From positions 1 through 54,214 of the IMG/VR virus record IMGVR_UViG_3300047554_000765: a stretch of 54,214 bases of DNA; one strand, written 5' to 3'. Of the stretch, positions 1 through 9,660 are shown in pieces (position 1 is the first letter of the stretch; every line of letters starts with the position of its first letter). A model generated the notes under the pieces. That model made no database searches, was not told the DNA's origin, and saw only the letters and a list, made by a program, of their open reading frames with translations. Both the position numbers and the translations under genes were made by a program. This stretch comes from a virus. Lineage: Duplodnaviria; Caudoviricetes.

Positions 1-28
1 ACCCTAGTTGCAAAGACTAGGGTTTTTT
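1..28 (+). terminator. Rho-independent terminator (from upstream gene)
   Basis: ACCCTAGT(1-8)/ACTAGGGT(16-23) perfect 8-bp stem followed by a T-run. Confidence 0.7.
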
Positions 29-36
29 GCTAATAT
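8..36 (+). promoter_or_regulatory. sigma70/SigA-type promoter for polA
   Basis: TTGCAA(8-13)-17 nt-TAATAT(31-36), upstream of RBS AAAGGA and ATG at 62. Confidence 0.55.
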
Positions 37-61
37 AAATCTCCTATCGAAAAGGATTTAT

Positions 62-1879
62 ATGGCAGGACTAGAAGGCATTCAGCTAGAGCTGGTAGAC
101 AGTGCCGAACAAGCGTCTAAGTTTATTAGTTGGCTTGGAGAGAGGCGTCCACTAAATGCCATTGCTATTGACACCGAGACCGGAGAACTTCCCGGCAACC
201 CCCGCGATCACGCGCTATCGCCTTGGCATGGGCGTCTACGCCTAGCTCAGGTTGGCGACGGAATGACGGGGTGGGCAATTCCTTGGGATGAGTGGGCTGG
301 TGTTTTTTACGAAGCCATGGACAAATTTGACGGCCCTATTGTTTGCCACAATATTGCCTTCGAAGCTAAGTGGTTCGAAATTCAGTCGCGATGGAGTATG
401 CCTTGGCACCGTTCGCACGATACTATGATTATGGCTCAGCTGATTGATCCTCTAGGTCAGGGTGGGTTGAAGCCATTAACCGAACGCTATGTAGATCGAC
501 ACGCAGCTTATTTACAGACTCAGTTAGATGTCGGGCTCGCTGAGAATGGGTGGACTTGGGGCACCGTACCAACAACCTTTGCGCCCTATTGGTCTTACGG
601 TGCTCTTGACACAATTCTTACCATGCGTCTCTTCGAGCAGTTTTGGGAAAAGTGTGCCCCCGGGCGTCCATACTCGCAGGCCTATGAATTAGAGATGAAT
701 ACTCGCCGTATCGTGACTCGGATGGAGCTCAATGGTGCTCGTCTAGATTTGGATTACTCGCAGAAAAAATTTAATGACTTGCTTCAATACACCGAGCAGG
801 TAAAAGACTGGGTACAGAAAACATACAATGCTTCAGTAACAAGCAACCCTCAGATGGCGCGAGTGTTCGAAGAGCAGCTAGGTTCTCAGATTACCGAGAC
901 CACTCCTAGCGGTCAGAAATCACTAACCAAGGATCAGCTAAAGCTATTTACTATCCACGGCTCCGAGGAAGTTAAGCAGCTAGCAGACACGATGCTCAAG
1001 CAACGAAAAGCAGACAAGCTTGCTAACACATACTTTCTCAACTTCATCAACGATAACGTTAGTGGCTTCGTACACCCATCTGTTAAGACCATGGGTGCTC
1101 GTACTGGACGTATGTCTATTCAGAACCCCGCGCTACAGACCCTTCCAAAGGGTGACGACACTGTACGCCGTGCGTTTCTACCTAAAGATGAGGACCATGT
1201 CATTGTCACTTCGGACCTTGACCAAGTCGAGTTCCGTATGTTTTCGTCTCTATCTCAAGATGCAAACTTAATCAACCTATTCAACATGGCTGACGCAACT
1301 GGCTCTGACCCGTTTACCGAAATTGGTCGTGAGATCTATGCTGATCCGACCATGCAGAAGTCTGATAAGCGCCGCAGTCTGATCAAGGGTGTGGTCTATG
1401 GACGCCTCTACGGTGCTGGTGTTACTAAGCAGGCGCTGACTGCTGGAGTTCCAGAGGAACAGATGCGTGCGGTATCGAATGCGTTCGATGATCGATTCCC
1501 TGGAATGTCTTTGTTCCAGAAGAAGGTAGAAGATATCGGAATGCGCCGCCTACGTGCAGAGGGTCAGGGCTATGTCAATACTTGGACTGGACGTCGCCTA
1601 CCTTGCGATGAAGACCGCGTTTATACCCTTGTTAACTACCTAATTCAGGGTGGCGCAGCTGAAGTCTTCAAGTCAAACCTCATCAAGCTAGATCAGGCAG
1701 ATTTGACTGACCTTTTAATTGTCCCCGTACACGATGAAATTGTGCTAAATGCACCTCGTAAAGACGTAGAAGAGATTAAGAAGTTAGTGCGAGAATGTAT
1801 GACAACTCGCGAGGGCTGGGCCGTGCCCCTCACGGCTGATGTTGATGGACCTCTAGAAAATTGGGGAGAAAAGTACTAA
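62..1879 (+). CDS. polA: Family A DNA polymerase with 3'-5' exonuclease domain, no 5'-3' exonuclease
   Basis: ExoI AIDTET, ExoII HNIAFE, ExoIII YGALD; TGRMS..NP.LQ; motif A DLDQVEFR, motif B RSLIKGVVYGRLYG, motif C VHDEIV. Start moved to ATG 62 (RBS AAAGGA). Confidence 0.95.
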   Translation: MAGLEGIQLELVDSAEQASKFISWLGERRPLNAIAIDTETGELPGNPRDHALSPWHGRLRLAQVGDGMTGWAIPWDEWAGVFYEAMDKFDGPIVCHNIAFEAKWFEIQSRWSMPWHRSHDTMIMAQLIDPLGQGGLKPLTERYVDRHAAYLQTQLDVGLAENGWTWGTVPTTFAPYWSYGALDTILTMRLFEQFWEKCAPGRPYSQAYELEMNTRRIVTRMELNGARLDLDYSQKKFNDLLQYTEQVKDWVQKTYNASVTSNPQMARVFEEQLGSQITETTPSGQKSLTKDQLKLFTIHGSEEVKQLADTMLKQRKADKLANTYFLNFINDNVSGFVHPSVKTMGARTGRMSIQNPALQTLPKGDDTVRRAFLPKDEDHVIVTSDLDQVEFRMFSSLSQDANLINLFNMADATGSDPFTEIGREIYADPTMQKSDKRRSLIKGVVYGRLYGAGVTKQALTAGVPEEQMRAVSNAFDDRFPGMSLFQKKVEDIGMRRLRAEGQGYVNTWTGRRLPCDEDRVYTLVNYLIQGGAAEVFKSNLIKLDQADLTDLLIVPVHDEIVLNAPRKDVEEIKKLVRECMTTREGWAVPLTADVDGPLENWGEKY

Positions 1880-2334
1880 TGAAATATATCTTGGCCGTTG
1901 ATCCCGGGAAAGCCACCGGGATGGCACTATTTAGCCTAAAATCAGGCTCTGAGCCGATCCTAGAGTGGTCTGGAGAGTTCCAACAGCACGAATACGCAGC
2001 GCCAATTCGAGCCTCTCTGGCGACCGTACAGGGCGAATTAGAGGTGGTTTGTGAGCGCTTTACTATCAATGCTCAGACCGTAAAGAACTCTCAGGCTCCG
2101 TTTTCTTTGGAGCAGATTGGTATCCTCAAGCAATGCCTCATGGACGTTGGCCGAGCAGCTGATGATATCTATTTTCAGAGTCCTGCAGACGCAAAGGCCA
2201 TGTTTTCTAACGAAAAGTTGAAGAAGCTTGGCTACTGGCACAAGGGTGGCGAGGGCCACGCACTTGACGCAATCCGACACGGTCTGCTAAGGTGCATTAA
2301 GTCTGGTTGGAAACCAGTACAATTATTAAATTAG
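1879..2334 (+). CDS. RuvC-like Holliday junction resolvase
   Basis: ILAVDPGKATG, VVCE and HALDA acidic motifs of the RNase H/RuvC fold; ATG overlaps the polA stop (TAATG). Confidence 0.75.
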   Translation: MKYILAVDPGKATGMALFSLKSGSEPILEWSGEFQQHEYAAPIRASLATVQGELEVVCERFTINAQTVKNSQAPFSLEQIGILKQCLMDVGRAADDIYFQSPADAKAMFSNEKLKKLGYWHKGGEGHALDAIRHGLLRCIKSGWKPVQLLN

Positions 2335-2353
2335 TTATTATCAAAAAAATAAC

Positions 2354-2383
2354 TTGACAAAGTTTTTTTCTGATAATATAAAT
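2354..2383 (+). promoter_or_regulatory. Promoter for the helicase operon
   Basis: TTGACA at 2354-2359 followed by AT-rich TGATAATATAAAT (-10 region) in an intergenic gap. Confidence 0.6.
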
Positions 2384-2408
2384 ATACGTAAAGACGCAAA
2401 GGATAAAA

Positions 2409-4220
2409 ATGTCAGTTTTTGTTGAGCTAGAGGAATCTGGCGTAGACATCATTATTAACGCCGAGTGGCGTCTAAAAGAGCTGTGCAAGAGCATTCCTGG
2501 CGCTACTTGGAACTCTAAGGAAGGCGTCTGGCGACTAGCTGCGTCTTGGGCTGGATGTCTAGCCTTGCGCTCTACCTTTAAGGAGAGCCTTGAGATCGGC
2601 CCTCGCTTGGCCGAGTGGGCTAAGAACGAAAAGCTTAACCGCATTGATCCGTCTAACCACCTACGCGATGTAGACATGATGGAAGACGGAGATCAGGATC
2701 TTTTTCCTCACCAGCGCGCTGGAGTTGAATTTTTAAGTACTGCTCGCCGTGCTCTTCTTGCTGATGAACCTGGACTTGGTAAGACTGCTCAGGCTATTCG
2801 TTCTCTGAAGCGCCTACACGACAAGGGTGAAGCTGTATTTCCGGCACTAATTGTCTGCCCAAACACGCTCAAGAAAAACTGGGAGCGCGAGTTTGATAAG
2901 TGGTGGCCTGGAGTAAATGTCACCGTTATTGGTGGCTCTGCTACTCAACGTCGCGCTCAGTTTGAGAGTGAAGCAGAAGTTTATGTAATCAACTGGGAGT
3001 CGTTGCGTAGCCACTCTCGTCTTGCTCCTTATGGCTCAATTGCTTTGGCTCGATGCCAAGATTGTGACGGGCATGACTCGCGCATTACGCCTGCTCGCTG
3101 TGAAGTGCACCGCCGTGAACTAAACACCATTGACTTCAAGTCTGTTATTGCCGATGAGATTCACCGCTCTAAAGACCCTAAGTCTAAGCAGACCCGCGCT
3201 CTCTGGGCCGCGACTGGCGAAGCGGATATCCGCTATGCACTAACTGGTACTCCAATTGCCAATGACGTTGTAGATCTTTGGCCAATTCTTCACTGGATCT
3301 CTCCAGAGGAGTGGCCAAGCAAGACTCGCTGGATTGACCGCATGATCAACACTATGCTCAATGCATTCGGTGGAATGATGGTCCTCGGCGTGAAGCCAGA
3401 TATGGAGCAAGAGTTCTACGCAGCTATTAATCCGCGCATGCGCCGTATGCTTAAGGCGAAGGTGTTGCCATGGCTACCTGAAGTAATGACAGAGCGTCGT
3501 GACGTCGAGATGGGTGCTAAGCAGGCTAAGGCTTATAAGCAGATGCTTGATAACATGATTGCTCTAATTGAGGCCCCTGATGGCACCCCTGGAGATGCAG
3601 TTGTTGCTCCTAACCCGCTTACTCAGGCTCTGCGCCTACTACAGTTTGCCAGCTCTTACGCGACTATCGAGATTGATGAGTCGGGGCAAGAAAGCCTTAT
3701 TTTGTCAGACCCTTCTTGTAAGGTTGATGCTCTTATGGATGATATGAAAAATGGTGACTTTGGTGACGACTCTGTTGCAGTCTGTGCCGTGTCTCGCCAA
3801 CTAATTGAAATCCTCAGTGCTCGTCTTACCAAGGAAGGTATTGCTCACGGATTGATTACTGGCTCAATTAGTGCTGATGATCGCCAGAAGGCTATTGATG
3901 ACTTCCAGTCTGGAAAGACTAAGTGGATTTTGTTTACTGCTCAGGCTGGTGGTGTTGGCGTCACCTTGACAACAGCGCGTCGCCTTGTTATGCTTCAAAG
4001 GCCATGGTCTCTTGTTGACTACAAGCAGGCCTTGGACCGTGTTCACCGCATTGGCTCTGAAATTCACGATTCAGTGATCATCACCGACTACGTGACTCAG
4101 GGGACTGTCGAAGAGCGTGTAATCCAGGCCCTAGACACTAAAGCTGACAATTTTGAGCAGATTGTCCGTGACAAGCACCAGCTGCTCCAAATGCTTAAAG
4201 AAAGCAAGGCAACTCTATAA
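2409..4220 (+). CDS. SNF2-family (SF2) DNA helicase
   Basis: LLADEPGLGKT, LIVCP, DEIH, LTGTP, AGGVGVTL, QALDRVHRIG motifs. Confidence 0.92.
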   Translation: MSVFVELEESGVDIIINAEWRLKELCKSIPGATWNSKEGVWRLAASWAGCLALRSTFKESLEIGPRLAEWAKNEKLNRIDPSNHLRDVDMMEDGDQDLFPHQRAGVEFLSTARRALLADEPGLGKTAQAIRSLKRLHDKGEAVFPALIVCPNTLKKNWEREFDKWWPGVNVTVIGGSATQRRAQFESEAEVYVINWESLRSHSRLAPYGSIALARCQDCDGHDSRITPARCEVHRRELNTIDFKSVIADEIHRSKDPKSKQTRALWAATGEADIRYALTGTPIANDVVDLWPILHWISPEEWPSKTRWIDRMINTMLNAFGGMMVLGVKPDMEQEFYAAINPRMRRMLKAKVLPWLPEVMTERRDVEMGAKQAKAYKQMLDNMIALIEAPDGTPGDAVVAPNPLTQALRLLQFASSYATIEIDESGQESLILSDPSCKVDALMDDMKNGDFGDDSVAVCAVSRQLIEILSARLTKEGIAHGLITGSISADDRQKAIDDFQSGKTKWILFTAQAGGVGVTLTTARRLVMLQRPWSLVDYKQALDRVHRIGSEIHDSVIITDYVTQGTVEERVIQALDTKADNFEQIVRDKHQLLQMLKESKATL

Positions 4221-5158
4221 TGACGACTAACCCTATTCGCATCTCTAACTCCGAGATTCAGACCTTTAAGGACTGCCGTCGCCGGTGGTGGTTTACCTAC
4301 TATCGTCGCCTACAGCCAAAGGTTAAGGACTTTACTGGGGCGCTAGCACTCGGTTCTCGTATCCACGAAGCCCTAGATCAGTACTACACCTCCAATATGG
4401 AGCGTGACCTACTGCAGATCCATTCTGAGCTGGTTGCTGCAGATATGAAGACTCTTACTGACGAGTTTCGTGACACCACTAGTTTAGAGACCGAAGCTGA
4501 GCTTGGTCGTGTAATGCTAGAGGGCTACCTAGAGTGGATGGAGCTCGAGGGTATTGATGCTGAACTTGAAATGATTTCCACGGAAGAAATTATCGAGCGT
4601 CCAATGATGGATGGTCGCGTAACCCTTCAGGGGAAGATTGACATGCGTGTTCGTCGCAAGATTGATGGCGTTCGTATGTTCCGTGACTTCAAGACAGTCG
4701 GCGGCTCTTTTGCTGACTTTGGATCCATTGCTCACATGAACGAGCAGGTCCTAACATACATGGTTCTCGAAGAGGCTCAGAATAAGGAGGGTGAGCGTTC
4801 AGAGGGCGGAATCTTTACCATGCTTCGTAAGGTTAAGCGCGGTGCTTACGCTAAGCCACCGTTCTATGACCAGATCGAGGTTCGCCACAATGCGTTTACT
4901 CTACGCTCGTTTTATCAGCGCCTAGAGGGTACACTCGAAGACATTCTACGTGTACGCGATGGTCTAGATGCTGGTGAAAGCCACTACAAGCTTGCATATC
5001 CAAAGCCGTCTCGTGACTGCAAGTGGAAATGCCAATTCTTCTCTATTTGCCCGCTGGTTGACGATGGTTCGGCAGCTGAAGCAGCAATTAGCGATGCGTT
5101 TGCGGTCGCCGACCCTTACGGTTATTACGGAATCGAAGAAAAGAAAGGAAGTGAGTAA
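4220..5158 (+). CDS. PD-(D/E)XK RecB/Cas4-like exonuclease
   Basis: ISNSEI..F..C.RRW, GSRIH, GKID, DFKT, QVLTY, C-terminal CKWKC..C. Confidence 0.85.
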   Translation: MTTNPIRISNSEIQTFKDCRRRWWFTYYRRLQPKVKDFTGALALGSRIHEALDQYYTSNMERDLLQIHSELVAADMKTLTDEFRDTTSLETEAELGRVMLEGYLEWMELEGIDAELEMISTEEIIERPMMDGRVTLQGKIDMRVRRKIDGVRMFRDFKTVGGSFADFGSIAHMNEQVLTYMVLEEAQNKEGERSEGGIFTMLRKVKRGAYAKPPFYDQIEVRHNAFTLRSFYQRLEGTLEDILRVRDGLDAGESHYKLAYPKPSRDCKWKCQFFSICPLVDDGSAAEAAISDAFAVADPYGYYGIEEKKGSE

Positions 5159-5160
5159 GA

Positions 5161-5925
5161 ATGTCGGAAGTCGATCGCAGTTTAACAATTATGGTTTATG
5201 GCGAATCGAAGGTTGGTAAGTCAACCTTTGCCGTTACAGCTCCTTACCCACGTCTTATGCTTGACGTTGAGGGTGGACACCGTTTCCTCCCGATCACCGT
5301 CAAGTACTGGGACCCTATTCGCGAAGAACCACCGGTTGCTGATGGAACTTGGGACACTGTTGTGGTCCAGGTTCGTGACTACGATGTAGTCCTCAAGACC
5401 TTCCAGTGGCTTCAGAGTGGGAAGCACCAGTTCAAGTCCTTGATCATTGACTCAATCTCTGAGTTGCAGGTCAAGTGCATGGACAACATTGCAGGAACCG
5501 AACAGATGAAGATGCAACAGTGGGGCGAATTGCTTCGTCACATGGGCGCGCTACTTCGTGATCTTCGTGACCTGACAATGCACCCAACTCAGCCTCTCGA
5601 GGCTGTAGTTCTGACCGCTATGGCACGTAAGGGTCAGGACGGCGTTTACCGTCCTTATCTACAGGGTCAGCTAGCAATTCAGGCCCCGTACTTCTATGAC
5701 ATTCTGGGCGCAATCACAGTGGAGCAGTTCCCTAACCCGGACCCACTGCAGCCTCCATACAAGGTGCGACGCATGTACGTTGAGCGCACACCTGAATATG
5801 AAGCTGGAGAACGCGTCCAGGGTCGTCTAGGAAAAATCGTCGAGCAGGGAGACCTTGGTGTCGAACGCATGCTCGATGTAATCTTTGGCGAAAAGACAAA
5901 GACCACAAAGAAAACAAGTAACTAA
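5161..5925 (+). CDS. AAA_24/Sak4-like P-loop ATPase (recombination)
   Basis: Walker A YGESKVGKST, Walker B LIIDSISE; sits between the exonuclease and the SSB. Confidence 0.8.
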   Translation: MSEVDRSLTIMVYGESKVGKSTFAVTAPYPRLMLDVEGGHRFLPITVKYWDPIREEPPVADGTWDTVVVQVRDYDVVLKTFQWLQSGKHQFKSLIIDSISELQVKCMDNIAGTEQMKMQQWGELLRHMGALLRDLRDLTMHPTQPLEAVVLTAMARKGQDGVYRPYLQGQLAIQAPYFYDILGAITVEQFPNPDPLQPPYKVRRMYVERTPEYEAGERVQGRLGKIVEQGDLGVERMLDVIFGEKTKTTKKTSN

Positions 5926-5933
5926 GGAAAATC

Positions 5934-6515
5934 ATGAGTTCACTCAATTGGAGCGACCTAATCAAGGACGCTGGAGAACCTACTAGCTACGAGCCACTAC
6001 CTGATGGTGACTACGAACTAAAGGTTATCGAATCAAAGGCTAAGAACACTCAGTCTGGTAAGACTATGTTCAGTATCACCACCGAGGTTCAGGGTGGCCC
6101 ACACGCAAAGCGTCGTGTCTGGGACAACCTGACCGTATCACCTGAGAACCCAAAGGCATTGGCTATCTTCTTCTCGAAGATGGAGTCCCTAGGTCTACCT
6201 CGTGATTTCTTCACCACGTCCAACCCAAGCAACGCGCAGATCGAGCAGGCTCTACTAGGTCGTTCGTTCCGCGGAACGCTAGGCAAGAAGACCTACAATG
6301 GTACTGTCAGCAACGAGATTACCAAGTACTTCCGCCTAGTGGCCGATGCAACTGCGGGAGCACCAGTACCACCTGCTCCAGCTGCAGCACCAGCACCTGC
6401 TCCTGCCGCTCCAGTAGCCACTCCGTTTGACGGACCATCGGTTGCTAACGCAGCGCCAGCACCTGCTCCTGCACCAGCACCTGCGGCTCCTGTTTCATCA
6501 GAAGAGCCGTTCTAA
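5934..6515 (+). CDS. ssDNA-binding protein (DUF669-like) with Pro/Ala linker and acidic tail
   Basis: YEPLPDGDY N-terminal motif, PAPA-rich linker, C-terminal EEPF. Confidence 0.75.
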   Translation: MSSLNWSDLIKDAGEPTSYEPLPDGDYELKVIESKAKNTQSGKTMFSITTEVQGGPHAKRRVWDNLTVSPENPKALAIFFSKMESLGLPRDFFTTSNPSNAQIEQALLGRSFRGTLGKKTYNGTVSNEITKYFRLVADATAGAPVPPAPAAAPAPAPAAPVATPFDGPSVANAAPAPAPAPAPAAPVSSEEPF

Positions 6516-6526
6516 ATAAAAGTATC

Positions 6527-6560
6527 GAGGGGGTGTCTTATAGGCACCCCCTCTTTATTT
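6527..6560 (+). terminator. Rho-independent terminator
   Basis: GAGGGGGTGTCT/AGGCACCCCCTC stem then TTTATTT, just after the SSB stop. Confidence 0.85.
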
Positions 6561-6573
6561 ATAAAGGGTTAAG

Positions 6574-7614
6574 ATGAAAGTACTATTTACTGGAATGCTG
6601 TCCGCCCACTGTAAGGTGCCGACAGATGTCTCAAACAAGACTTTTTACACTGCATTTTCTTTAGTGTTTAGAGATCTATATCCAGAAGCTGAAATCGAGT
6701 GGAAAGCGCCGTCTCTAGCATGGGACGAGGAATATCTTTCCCAGTATGATTTCATTTTTATTGGCATGGTTCCACCTACTTCGATGAGTGCCAACATGAT
6801 CTACGGAACCCTTAAGTGTCTAGATACCGTCTACGATTGGACTAATGTTCGTCTGATAATGGACTCCCCGCAGCTGTGGCAGTATGCCCCTGGGCTATCT
6901 GCTATCAGTAAAGACCCTACTTACTTAGTGAGTAGTTTCTACTCTAAGCGCCCGGGCTATAAGCAGGCCGACACCTACAAAACACTATCTAGCTTCAAGC
7001 GAGTAGCCGAGAGGCTTCTTACCGAGAAGTGGCCAAAAGTAGTATATCCAGAACTTCCTTGGCACGACTCGGCCCGTAAGAGTGAATTGATTTCTGATCA
7101 CCTCCCCCATGTCACTGACGCTTTCGGGCTAAATTTAGACGGATACTTTTTAAACAATAAAAACCCGGATTATAGAGAGATTTCCGATGCTCCTTGGTCT
7201 GTCGATAGTTTCAAATCTAAATGGGCCGGAAAGCTTAGCAGAACTGTAGCTATGGAATTTAATGAACTGAAGCTCGGAAAATCATTTAATGATGTCCATG
7301 CAGAAGCTTTGCTTCGTACCTCAATTGGTCTTATTGTCCCACCAGCGGACCGCAACGTTGGTACGTGGTGGAGCTACCGTTATGTTCAGGGGCTACTCTC
7401 TGGCGTTCCGGTAGCTACTGAATGGACAGAGTCTAAGGCCCTAGGCCCGTCTTGGGCGGTATTGCCCTACCAAATTGAAGACATGACTCCAGCTGAGCGT
7501 AAGGAGTTAGCACAGAGGCAGCTAGAAGCGTATAAGGATAACGCGCTTAGCTTTTCTGAATTAAAGCAAAAAATTGCACTAGTATTGAACTATAAAGGAG
7601 AACAAAATGCCTGA
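6574..7614 (+). CDS. Hypothetical protein, possible GT-B fold glycosyltransferase
   Basis: Rossmann-like start MKVLFTG; C-terminal RYVQGLLSGVPV...ERKELAQRQ resembles GT-B C-lobes; weak. Confidence 0.4.
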   Translation: MKVLFTGMLSAHCKVPTDVSNKTFYTAFSLVFRDLYPEAEIEWKAPSLAWDEEYLSQYDFIFIGMVPPTSMSANMIYGTLKCLDTVYDWTNVRLIMDSPQLWQYAPGLSAISKDPTYLVSSFYSKRPGYKQADTYKTLSSFKRVAERLLTEKWPKVVYPELPWHDSARKSELISDHLPHVTDAFGLNLDGYFLNNKNPDYREISDAPWSVDSFKSKWAGKLSRTVAMEFNELKLGKSFNDVHAEALLRTSIGLIVPPADRNVGTWWSYRYVQGLLSGVPVATEWTESKALGPSWAVLPYQIEDMTPAERKELAQRQLEAYKDNALSFSELKQKIALVLNYKGEQNA

Positions 7615-8035
7615 AGTAAATGATGAGTGGGTAAGACAACAACTAGAAGAAGCCAAGGTTCGTGTAGGATCTGGAAAAGCTATTCTTAGGTTGCTACAAA
7701 CATGGGACTCTCTTGGAGATCTATCAGAGAATATTTCTAAAGAAACCATCGAAATCTTTAGTCGACTAGCTCTAGGTAAATTAGCGAAGGATCCAGAGCC
7801 TAAACTAGACGAGATCTGGGTTCCTGCTCAGCCTGGTCAAATTAATGTTGGCGATGAGGTTCGAGTACTGATTGATGCGTTTAGTGACAAGACTGGCGTG
7901 GTTCATAATGGCCGCCGTGGAAAGGTAACTGCTGTTCGCTATGGTGATGTTATCTTTAGGTCAACGGACGGTAAGACTCCAGACCTAGATGGTGTCCACT
8001 ACTCACCATACAAACTGGAAAAAAGGATTAAATAA
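7607..8035 (+). CDS. Hypothetical protein with C-terminal SH3/KOW-like beta domain
   Basis: RBS AAAGGAG; VGDEVRV...GRRGKVTAVRYG pattern. Confidence 0.6.
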   Translation: MPEVNDEWVRQQLEEAKVRVGSGKAILRLLQTWDSLGDLSENISKETIEIFSRLALGKLAKDPEPKLDEIWVPAQPGQINVGDEVRVLIDAFSDKTGVVHNGRRGKVTAVRYGDVIFRSTDGKTPDLDGVHYSPYKLEKRIK

Positions 8036-8271
8036 TGCGAACCAGTTTTGAGGTTAGGGTCTATGCAAACACTCTAGAAGACGCCAAAACTAAGGCCTAT
8101 CAAGAAATCTCTAGGTTTATGGAAGTGTCTCCCGAAGACGCCAAAAGTGTTGTTGATCTAGAACTAAAAGTCAAGACATATGAACTTAAGGATGATGCCC
8201 CCGAGCCAGATGGTGAGTTTGAGGTGGTTGTTTTTGGTGCTGTCAAACATAACATTTTAAAACCACTATAA
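8035..8271 (+). CDS. Hypothetical protein
   Basis: 78-aa ORF translationally coupled (TAATG) to the previous gene. Confidence 0.6.
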   Translation: MRTSFEVRVYANTLEDAKTKAYQEISRFMEVSPEDAKSVVDLELKVKTYELKDDAPEPDGEFEVVVFGAVKHNILKPL

Positions 8272-8277
8272 ATTAAT

Positions 8278-8306
8278 TTGACAAAATTTAACGTAAGCGG
8301 TACAGT
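8278..8306 (+). promoter_or_regulatory. Leaderless sigma70-type promoter
   Basis: TTGACA(8278-83)-17 nt-TACAGT(8301-06)-6 nt-ATG 8313. Confidence 0.8.
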
Positions 8307-8312
8307 GTTTTT

Positions 8313-8804
8313 ATGCAAACATTTGTACCGCTTACTTCTTCTTTTGAAGATATCGCTCGCACGCTAGATCGTGCCCGTCTCAACAAGCAAGCCCTCGAAG
8401 GCTGGCAGATTTTGATGACTCTCCTTGAGCTAGATCCTCAGGGTAATTACCGCGCCCCCAAAGGCTGGGTAAACCACCCGGCTGTCAAGATGTGGCGTGG
8501 CCATGAAATGGCTCTATATCTATACATTCAAGCTATGGTTGATGAGTGGAAGCGTCGTGGCTACAAATCAACTATTGGCGATAAGGCTAAAGAAACAATT
8601 AAGGTCGCTCTATCTAAAGGGTTACTAGCCTCTTCGGTATCTACTAACCCGCACTGGATCTCTGATATGAAGCTATTCAAAGAAGTAGCTGCAAGCCATC
8701 GATTGGCACTACTTACTAAAGATTATGAATGGTATTCGCAATTTAATTGGGACGAAGATACTGGTAAAAAGCCAGAAACCTACGAATACGTCTGGCCAAA
8801 GTAA
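8313..8804 (+). CDS. Pyrimidine-dimer DNA glycosylase/endonuclease V-like (MSMEG_6728 family)
   Basis: MQTFVP...LDRARLNKQALE..QI, GWVNHPAVKMWRG, SHR..LL.KD..WY, YVWP. Confidence 0.8.
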   Translation: MQTFVPLTSSFEDIARTLDRARLNKQALEGWQILMTLLELDPQGNYRAPKGWVNHPAVKMWRGHEMALYLYIQAMVDEWKRRGYKSTIGDKAKETIKVALSKGLLASSVSTNPHWISDMKLFKEVAASHRLALLTKDYEWYSQFNWDEDTGKKPETYEYVWPK

Positions 8805-8863
8805 ATTTGTAATTTACGGTACTTAACACGAAATAATTAAACTTCAACTGTAAAATCTTTCTT

Positions 8864-9208
8864 ATGAAAGATTCTCGAATTGGCGAATCGCTTTGGTTTA
8901 TTTGGGACACCCCAAACAACCAATTTGGTGATTATCCGATTTTCTATACCGAAGATCATGTTGATATGGACAATGAAGTCGTCCGCCGTGCCTTAGCGTC
9001 GGCAATTCAACGTGAGGGGATTGTATCGTCTTTAGGAGAAGGATACTTTCTCATTGATCATGGAGATACTTGGCAAGGGTACTCTGGATCGGTAGATTCT
9101 AACGAAGTAGAGGATCTTCACGAATGTGATGAAAATGGTTCAACTTCTGATGGAGAAATTATGTCAGAATTTGCTCGAACTACTTGGGTTAGGATTTTTG
9201 ACTTTTGA
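8864..9208 (+). CDS. Hypothetical acidic protein
   Basis: 114-aa ORF; TAAAAT (8851-56) 7 nt before the ATG (leaderless). Confidence 0.65.
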   Translation: MKDSRIGESLWFIWDTPNNQFGDYPIFYTEDHVDMDNEVVRRALASAIQREGIVSSLGEGYFLIDHGDTWQGYSGSVDSNEVEDLHECDENGSTSDGEIMSEFARTTWVRIFDF

Positions 9209-9660
9209 TAGATACACCTGAATGGTATGAAGATGCTGAGTGCTCTAAGCCAATTTACAGAGATAAAGTTAAAAACTTTTTCTTGAACAAGCCCGCTCAG
9301 CAAGTTCCGGCCCTTAAGATCTGTGACTCATGTCCGGTCAAAAGAGACTGTTTAAAGATGGCTCTAGAGAATAAAGAAATATGGGGAATTTGGGGTGGAC
9401 TAACACCTAAAAAGATACGTAGAACCCTGTCTGTTAATTGGCAGGGCCAAGAAATGCGTCACAAGCGCCCGCCGCTGTGTCCAGCCTGTAGGTCAAAGAC
9501 TGACAAACTTATAACTAAGACAGTTAATCGCCCTAATGGTGGACGCTGGGCAACTATGAAACTAGTTGAGTGCGTGGAGTGTAGTTTCTCGTGGCAGAGT
9601 AGAACAAGTGCTAATGCCGTAGAGGCGTTTCACCTGCTAAAAACTAAGAAGAAGTCTTAG
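9205..9660 (+). CDS. WhiB-family regulator with C-terminal zinc ribbon
   Basis: W...AEC, CDSCPVKRDC, GIWGG; extra CPAC...CVEC. Confidence 0.85.
   Translation: MIDTPEWYEDAECSKPIYRDKVKNFFLNKPAQQVPALKICDSCPVKRDCLKMALENKEIWGIWGGLTPKKIRRTLSVNWQGQEMRHKRPPLCPACRSKTDKLITKTVNRPNGGRWATMKLVECVECSFSWQSRTSANAVEAFHLLKTKKKS

Noticed and set aside
4220-5158. Cas4 as evidence of a CRISPR system
   Set aside because: Stand-alone phage exonuclease in a recombination module
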